IMG/VR virus record: IMGVR_UViG_3300034082_002361
Location: 1-52,456 of that record
Source: a virus
Taxonomy: Duplodnaviria > Caudoviricetes
Direction: 5' to 3' (one strand)
Length of the DNA stretch: 52,456 nt
Below the pieces are notes generated by a model. It ran no database searches and was not told where the DNA came from. It worked only from the letters and a program-made list of their open reading frames with translations. Below, piece after piece: positions 47,250 through 52,456 of the stretch (within the stretch, counting starts at the first letter, position 1; each line of letters starts with the position of its first letter). A program made the position numbers and the translations under genes.

Positions 47250-47702
47250 ATGAAATCCTTTTTATTAACAGCGTTGCTGTGTTTTTCCGTCACAGCCACA
47301 GCCAAAGAATTTAGATTGCAGTTTTCCGATCCCACCCAAGTTGTAGTCAATGACAGCGACTGGGTCAAGGTATCACACAACGACATATACGATCTTTATA
47401 TATCTCAGGATGCCATTGGTACCAACGAACAGTCGCCCTATATACACTCCATGGTGCTGTTTCATGACACACCTGGCACCACATTCAACAACATAATTGG
47501 TCCAGTCAAGCGTATTTTTACATTTGGTAACCTTGATTGCCGGCAAGGGGTACTGACACTATTGAACGACTGGTTTGTTGACATAACCAATCAAGTAGTG
47601 TATACTCAGAGTCATGCACCGGGAGAGTATCTTACTGAGGTACTAACTAATCACACACCACGGAACGATGCGTACAATGCAATCTGCAAAAAAGGTACCT
47701 AA
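47250..47702 (+). CDS. Secreted hypothetical protein
   Basis: Signal peptide MKSFLLTALLCFSVTATA; AGGA SD; TAAATA at 47225. Confidence 0.7.
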   Translation: MKSFLLTALLCFSVTATAKEFRLQFSDPTQVVVNDSDWVKVSHNDIYDLYISQDAIGTNEQSPYIHSMVLFHDTPGTTFNNIIGPVKRIFTFGNLDCRQGVLTLLNDWFVDITNQVVYTQSHAPGEYLTEVLTNHTPRNDAYNAICKKGT

Positions 47703-48361
47703 TGAAAATTGATACACGCACTGTCAAGAATTTTTTATCTGATGAAGAATTAGATATTATTGAACAACATGTTTTGGCAACAGATAATGTGCATTTAAAC
47801 TATAATCCTGACAGAGAAAATGACAGTCAAGAAGTTTTTTCCGGAACATACTATTTGTTTGATTACTACGAAGAAAAGAACAAGATAGTTAAAGAAATAT
47901 TACAATCAAAGTTTGAAACACAGTTTGGAAAAGATTTACACATACAACAAATTCATATATTTGATTCCGTTGATCCATACAATATTCACAGTGATGTAGA
48001 CAGCGGCGGAGAATTTTTGCCAGGACATGTACATGCATGGACTTTTATAATTCCTTTATTTGATGTTGACAGTCACACTATCGTGTTCAATGAGGGCAGT
48101 GAAACAAAACAACCACAACACTACATTGAAGCAACACCACCCGGCGAGTCCATGTTAATTGATGACCCGACTTATAAAAAATACTTGTCACATACTCCAC
48201 ATGACTGGTACAGATGGCTATCTATAGAAGATATCTTTAAGTGGGAGAGAGGTGCTTTATTTGCCGCCAGCAGATTTAAGTTTCATACTAGCGACAATTT
48301 TTTAGCCAATGGTGTTAAAAGTAAACGTGCAATAATTGCTTGGACTAGTTTGCCATCTTAA
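47702..48361 (+). CDS. 2OG-Fe(II) oxygenase-like protein
   Basis: IHSD (HxD), FIIPL, distal FHTS, KRAII. Confidence 0.55.
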   Translation: MKIDTRTVKNFLSDEELDIIEQHVLATDNVHLNYNPDRENDSQEVFSGTYYLFDYYEEKNKIVKEILQSKFETQFGKDLHIQQIHIFDSVDPYNIHSDVDSGGEFLPGHVHAWTFIIPLFDVDSHTIVFNEGSETKQPQHYIEATPPGESMLIDDPTYKKYLSHTPHDWYRWLSIEDIFKWERGALFAASRFKFHTSDNFLANGVKSKRAIIAWTSLPS

Positions 48362-49110
48362 TGATACAAAAATTTTTAACATTGGCGATTTTAGTAATCG
48401 CGTGTGGTTCCTCTGCCCACGCAGAAATAAAAGCCAAGTCCTGGTTGATAGCCGATGGCGACGGCAACCTACTAGAACAAGAGAATATCAACGTGGTACA
48501 GCCAATTGCGTCAATTACCAAATTAATGACAGTGATGGTGGTGCTAGACAGCAACGACAATTTGAACGAAATTGTAAAATTAAAAAAGTTCAAAGGAGCC
48601 AATCTAACAAGGCATCAGCTGATCAATCTAGCAATCATTCATTCAGACAACGCTGCTGCTGACATGTTGTGCAAAGCGTACCGTAGAGGCTATGCTGCAT
48701 GCATTGAAGATATGAATCACAAGGCCAAAATACTAGGAATGATTCAAACAGAGTTTCGTGACAGTACAGGACTGGATAATAGAAATGTTAGCAGTGCTGC
48801 GGAATTGATCAAGCTCTTGCAAGCAGCAGAACGTTATCCAGAGATAGTAAATGCCAGCAACCAAACTGTAGTTGAACTGGTCAAGAAGAAAAAAGGCAGA
48901 TGGCGATTTAATAATACCAATCCGCTGGTGGCAAAATACAATGTCATTGTGAGTAAAACAGGATATGTGCGAGCCAGTGGCGGGTGTTTGGTCATGAGTG
49001 CCTATGTGCAAGGGAAGAAAAAATTATTTGTGGTACTTAACAGTAAAACTACTCGCACACGAATACATGACATGGAGACTTTGATTTTATCTGCAATTGG
49101 CCAGAATTGA
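48361..49110 (+). CDS. Peptidase S11 D-Ala-D-Ala carboxy/endopeptidase (PBP7/PbpG-like), secreted
   Basis: Signal peptide; SxxK (ASITKL), SDN and KTG motifs. Confidence 0.92.
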   Translation: MIQKFLTLAILVIACGSSAHAEIKAKSWLIADGDGNLLEQENINVVQPIASITKLMTVMVVLDSNDNLNEIVKLKKFKGANLTRHQLINLAIIHSDNAAADMLCKAYRRGYAACIEDMNHKAKILGMIQTEFRDSTGLDNRNVSSAAELIKLLQAAERYPEIVNASNQTVVELVKKKKGRWRFNNTNPLVAKYNVIVSKTGYVRASGGCLVMSAYVQGKKKLFVVLNSKTTRTRIHDMETLILSAIGQN

Positions 49111-49113
49111 CAT

Positions 49114-50337
49114 TCACTTCAGTAGAATTTTTTTAACTTGGCTAAGATTAATATTGTCTGATAGAATTTGAAATTTTTTGTCTGTGGTTAACTTAGACTG
49201 TTCTGTACACATTCTAAAATTATCAATCATTTCGTCAACTATGATATTTTTAAAATTGCCATAAAAATGTTCTTTATTAAATTTAAGTATTTCATGCATT
49301 TCTTGGTACATGATCAATAGTTCTGACATTGACTTGCGACACAGTTTCTCTATTTCGTCTACTACTTTTTGGAGTCTGACGTCAGGATCCATTTCGTTAT
49401 CGTAGCTTTCGTCGATCCAACGATCAAAAGTTTTAAACCCGTAACTTTTAAGATATGACAGATTTCCTTGAGTTGATAGTAATATAAAAGGTCTTTCAAG
49501 CACTATTGGTTTAAATATTTTTTCAGTCAGATGAAGCTTTTGTTCATAGTATACTGTTTCCGTTACTATATGCCACATACTTTTTAAACTTTGGTCTGTT
49601 TTTTTGTTGCCCGGTGCGCAATTAAGTATAGGATTACTGCTGTTATCCAACGGTGATACACTTGCATGAAATAAATTGTTATTTTTTGTGTGTTTATCTT
49701 CAATTGACAGGTACAGGTGTTTGTAAATGATGGTTCTGGCAGATTTGCTCAACAATGAATTGTTGTTAAAAATCTCTTGTTTAACAAGATTTCTAGATAA
49801 TAAGTCGGCTTTGACATGTCCATATTGGGTTAATTTTCTGCTGTTTAATTCAGCTAACAAATGCAATCTGTAGTTTCTTTTTTTTGTTAATATATGATTA
49901 AATGTAATAAATACTTTATCAAATTCTGTTGTAGTGCAATTAAAATATTCGAAGTCTCTAAACCAATCTAGAGAAACAAATCCGTGATAAAAAAAGTACC
50001 AATTGTTACATCCTAGTGTGTCTAACATACTGTTTTTCAGCTGACTTTTTTCGGAATTAGCAATAATGTGTACCTTATTCAAATTTTGAGCAGCGTTGGG
50101 AAATCTTTGGTAATACCAATTAATAAATTCGTTAGAATCATCATTGTTTATAGGTTCTTCGTGCCACCAAAAACAGTGCCCATTAATCTCATTATTCTTT
50201 GGCCATGGAGAATCAGAATTTCTACAAAGATCACGGATCTTTGTAGAGTAGTGAGGATCAAATTCTATAGATACAATTCTATTAGGATAGATAAGAAGTT
50301 CGTTAATTAATTTTAGAAAATAACCCGAGGATATCAT
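49114..50337 (-). CDS. Glycosyltransferase-like protein
   Basis: IVTETVY..LTEKIFKPI..PFI..GFKTF..IDESYD; paralogous to 26387-27715. Confidence 0.55.
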   Translation of the reverse strand: MISSGYFLKLINELLIYPNRIVSIEFDPHYSTKIRDLCRNSDSPWPKNNEINGHCFWWHEEPINNDDSNEFINWYYQRFPNAAQNLNKVHIIANSEKSQLKNSMLDTLGCNNWYFFYHGFVSLDWFRDFEYFNCTTTEFDKVFITFNHILTKKRNYRLHLLAELNSRKLTQYGHVKADLLSRNLVKQEIFNNNSLLSKSARTIIYKHLYLSIEDKHTKNNNLFHASVSPLDNSSNPILNCAPGNKKTDQSLKSMWHIVTETVYYEQKLHLTEKIFKPIVLERPFILLSTQGNLSYLKSYGFKTFDRWIDESYDNEMDPDVRLQKVVDEIEKLCRKSMSELLIMYQEMHEILKFNKEHFYGNFKNIIVDEMIDNFRMCTEQSKLTTDKKFQILSDNINLSQVKKILLK

Positions 50338-50340
50338 AGT

Positions 50341-51567
50341 ATGAAAGTTGGTTTTATAGGCTTAGGTAAATTAGGATTATCATGCGCAGAAGTAATGCAA
50401 AAAGCATATGATGTAACTGGTTATGATATTTACCCAAGATCAAGTACACAAATTAAAATATCTGATAGTCTGCGCGGTGCAGTTGTTAACAAAGATATTA
50501 TTTTTGTAGCAGTACAAACTCCACACGATCCTGCATATGACGGCAGTCAACCAATTACTCATTTACCCAACAAAGACTTTGATTATTCTATAGTTAAAGA
50601 CGTGCTAAAACAAATTGATATTTGGGCCGGTCCTGAGCAACTAGTAGTTCTTATTAGTACTGTGCTGCCAGGCACGGTTCGTAGGGAACTGCGTGAGTGC
50701 TTGACACATGCACGTTTCATTTATAATCCGTACCTTATTGCCATGGGCAGTGTTGAATGGGACATGGTCAACCCTGAAATGGTCATAATTGGTACCAAGG
50801 ACGGTGACCAAACTGGTGATGCAAAGTTGCTCATTGATTTTTACCAGCCATTGATGGAAAATGATCCACGTTATGTTGTTGGTACCTGGGACGAAGCAGA
50901 GTCAATCAAGATATTTTATAACACATTTATTAGCACAAAAATTGCACTAGTCAACATGATTCAAGATGTAGCAATGAAGAACGGCAACATCAATGTAGAT
51001 GTGGTCACTGACGCATTGTCACACAGCACCACTCGTATCATGAGCAGCAAGTACATGACAGCAGGCATGGGTGATGCCGGACCCTGTCATCCTAGAGACA
51101 ACATTGCACTGCGTTGGTTGGCTGAAAACTTGAGTTTAGGGTATGATATATTTGATACCATTATGAATGCCAGGGAAGTACAAGCAAAAAATCTAGCACG
51201 TTTTTTATTTCAAAAACAAAAACAGTACAACTTGCCCATCTATATACTGGGCAAGTCATACAAACCTGATGTGGATATACTGGACGGAAGCTACAGTTTA
51301 CTAATTGGGCACTATTTAGAAACCATGCAGGCCAAGTTTTATTACATAGATCCATTAACTGGTGATGCGCCACCGTTTGACAACGTGCCGGTAATTGCTT
51401 TTTTAGCACACAACAGAAACATAACTTACGGATACACCGGAGAGCAACAGGAACAAGAACTATATGTTGAGCTTGATTCCGGCAGTGTAATTGTTGATCC
51501 TTGGAGACAATACACCACACAAAAAGATTATAAGGTGATACATTATGGCAACACACGACTCGTTTAA
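50341..51567 (+). CDS. UDP-glucose/GDP-mannose dehydrogenase family protein
   Basis: GLGKLG Rossmann motif, AVQTP, STVLPGT, AESIKIFYN, GDAGPCHPRD, GKSYKP. Confidence 0.88.
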   Translation: MKVGFIGLGKLGLSCAEVMQKAYDVTGYDIYPRSSTQIKISDSLRGAVVNKDIIFVAVQTPHDPAYDGSQPITHLPNKDFDYSIVKDVLKQIDIWAGPEQLVVLISTVLPGTVRRELRECLTHARFIYNPYLIAMGSVEWDMVNPEMVIIGTKDGDQTGDAKLLIDFYQPLMENDPRYVVGTWDEAESIKIFYNTFISTKIALVNMIQDVAMKNGNINVDVVTDALSHSTTRIMSSKYMTAGMGDAGPCHPRDNIALRWLAENLSLGYDIFDTIMNAREVQAKNLARFLFQKQKQYNLPIYILGKSYKPDVDILDGSYSLLIGHYLETMQAKFYYIDPLTGDAPPFDNVPVIAFLAHNRNITYGYTGEQQEQELYVELDSGSVIVDPWRQYTTQKDYKVIHYGNTRLV

Positions 51568-52060
51568 TATTGCCCCATTCTGGGACGATGAATACAAGAA
51601 CTTGGCATACAAAAAAGAACAATTCAATGATCCTGGCACCATGATTGAGTGGGAGGATCAAGGGTTCCGTGGCCCATTTGGAGGCCACATGTGCGACATG
51701 CGCGATCCGCAACCGGCTTGGAATTCGCAGTTTGTGGACTTCTTTGCCACATATGAAAAGTGGAAAAACATAGGAACCAGTTACTATCGCATGGATGCTG
51801 GCAGTATGCTTCCAGAGCATGTGGACACATATCGTAGATATATTGATCTGTTTGATCTTGCAGGCAAAGAGAATACCATACGTAGAGCAGTGGTGTTCCT
51901 GGATCACTGGCATTCAGGACACTATGTTGAATGTAACAAACAAGGTTATACCAATTGGGTCAAAGGATTTTGTCTGACATGGGATTGGGATAGCCCACAT
52001 ATTGCTGCCAATCTAGGAACAGTTCCTAGGTATACCTTGCAAATCACCGGGCATGTATGA
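51545..52060 (+). CDS. 2OG-Fe(II) oxygenase-like protein
   Basis: PEHVD (HxD), distal PHIAAN, RYTLQITG. Confidence 0.75.
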   Translation: MATHDSFNIAPFWDDEYKNLAYKKEQFNDPGTMIEWEDQGFRGPFGGHMCDMRDPQPAWNSQFVDFFATYEKWKNIGTSYYRMDAGSMLPEHVDTYRRYIDLFDLAGKENTIRRAVVFLDHWHSGHYVECNKQGYTNWVKGFCLTWDWDSPHIAANLGTVPRYTLQITGHV

Positions 52061-52456
52061 TATCATCGTTCAATGAGTGGGATCAGTTAAAAGAAATTGT
52101 AGTAGGCACAGCAGACTTTGCCAATTGGCCCACAGATGATCCTGTGTTTGCTCAAGAAAGTGAAAAAACCACCTGGACAGAAACTCCAGTACCCAGTGGT
52201 CCAGTGCCGGACTGGATCATTGACGAAGCCAACCAAGACCTTGATATACTGGCAGATACATTGGAAAAACTTGGGGTGATTGTGCATAGACCAATGCCAA
52301 TTGATTTTCAAGCTCGTGATGGCATGTACAACTATTGCCCACGTGACAGGCTGTTGGTTTATGGCAACACCGTGGTGGATCCGGCCATGATGTATCCTTG
52401 CAGAGACATGGAGTCAGAAGCATTAGAACAGGTTATATATCGTGCTGATACAGTAT
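52057..52456 (+). CDS. Amidinotransferase (inosamine-phosphate/glycine amidinotransferase family), 3'-truncated (not in ORF track)
   Basis: Translated by hand: MISSFNEWDQLKEIVVG...LGVIVHRP...YNYCPRD...; open to the window end. Confidence 0.85.
   Translation, partial: MISSFNEWDQLKEIVVGTADFANWPTDDPVFAQESEKTTWTETPVPSGPVPDWIIDEANQDLDILADTLEKLGVIVHRPMPIDFQARDGMYNYCPRDRLLVYGNTVVDPAMMYPCRDMESEALEQVIYRADTV

Noticed and set aside
630-52423. Numerous short antisense and alternate-frame ORFs in the track (for example 51161-51913, 46633-47160, 11217-11720)
   Set aside because: They overlap well-supported genes and lack an RBS or recognisable motifs.
1-52456. Alternative genetic code (stop-codon reassignment), as in some large phages
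   Set aside because: Code 11 gives full-length NrdA, NrdB, DnaK and helicase, and TAA, TGA and TAG all end genes at plausible boundaries.

Overview
A gene-dense, almost entirely plus-strand segment of a large T4-like (probably jumbo) dsDNA phage. The host is probably a Proteobacterium, inferred from the IscU/IscA/DnaK types, AGGAG Shine-Dalgarno (SD) sites and sigma70 promoters. It contains tail-fibre/LamG/PAAR genes, primase, helicase, NrdA/NrdB/glutaredoxin, a block of probable internal-head genes and many host-like auxiliary genes (iscU, iscA, rpsU/bS21, dnaK, hsp20, clpS, purM, two peptidoglycan enzymes). Modification-type enzymes are scattered between core genes: 4 radical SAM proteins (one B12-binding), 2 amidinotransferases, 2 2OG-Fe(II) oxygenase-like, 2 glycosyltransferase-like, 2 SGNH-like, a PLP enzyme, a methyltransferase, an NDP-sugar dehydrogenase and a cytidylyltransferase. 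Signals read by hand and not visible in the ORF track: (1) ROSE-like RNA-thermometer hairpins over the SD of both dnaK and hsp20; (2) a 49-aa ArfA-like ORF and a 25-aa proline-rich peptide ORF; (3) repeated promoter-to-ATG geometry implying leaderless mRNAs; (4) a Pol-beta nucleotidyltransferase plus KxDG ligase-like pair with capsid-targeting-like N-termini; (5) two chimeric ORFs that look like deletion scars. No tRNA, rRNA, CRISPR array, intron or transposase was seen. All product calls come from motif recognition by eye; no database search was run.
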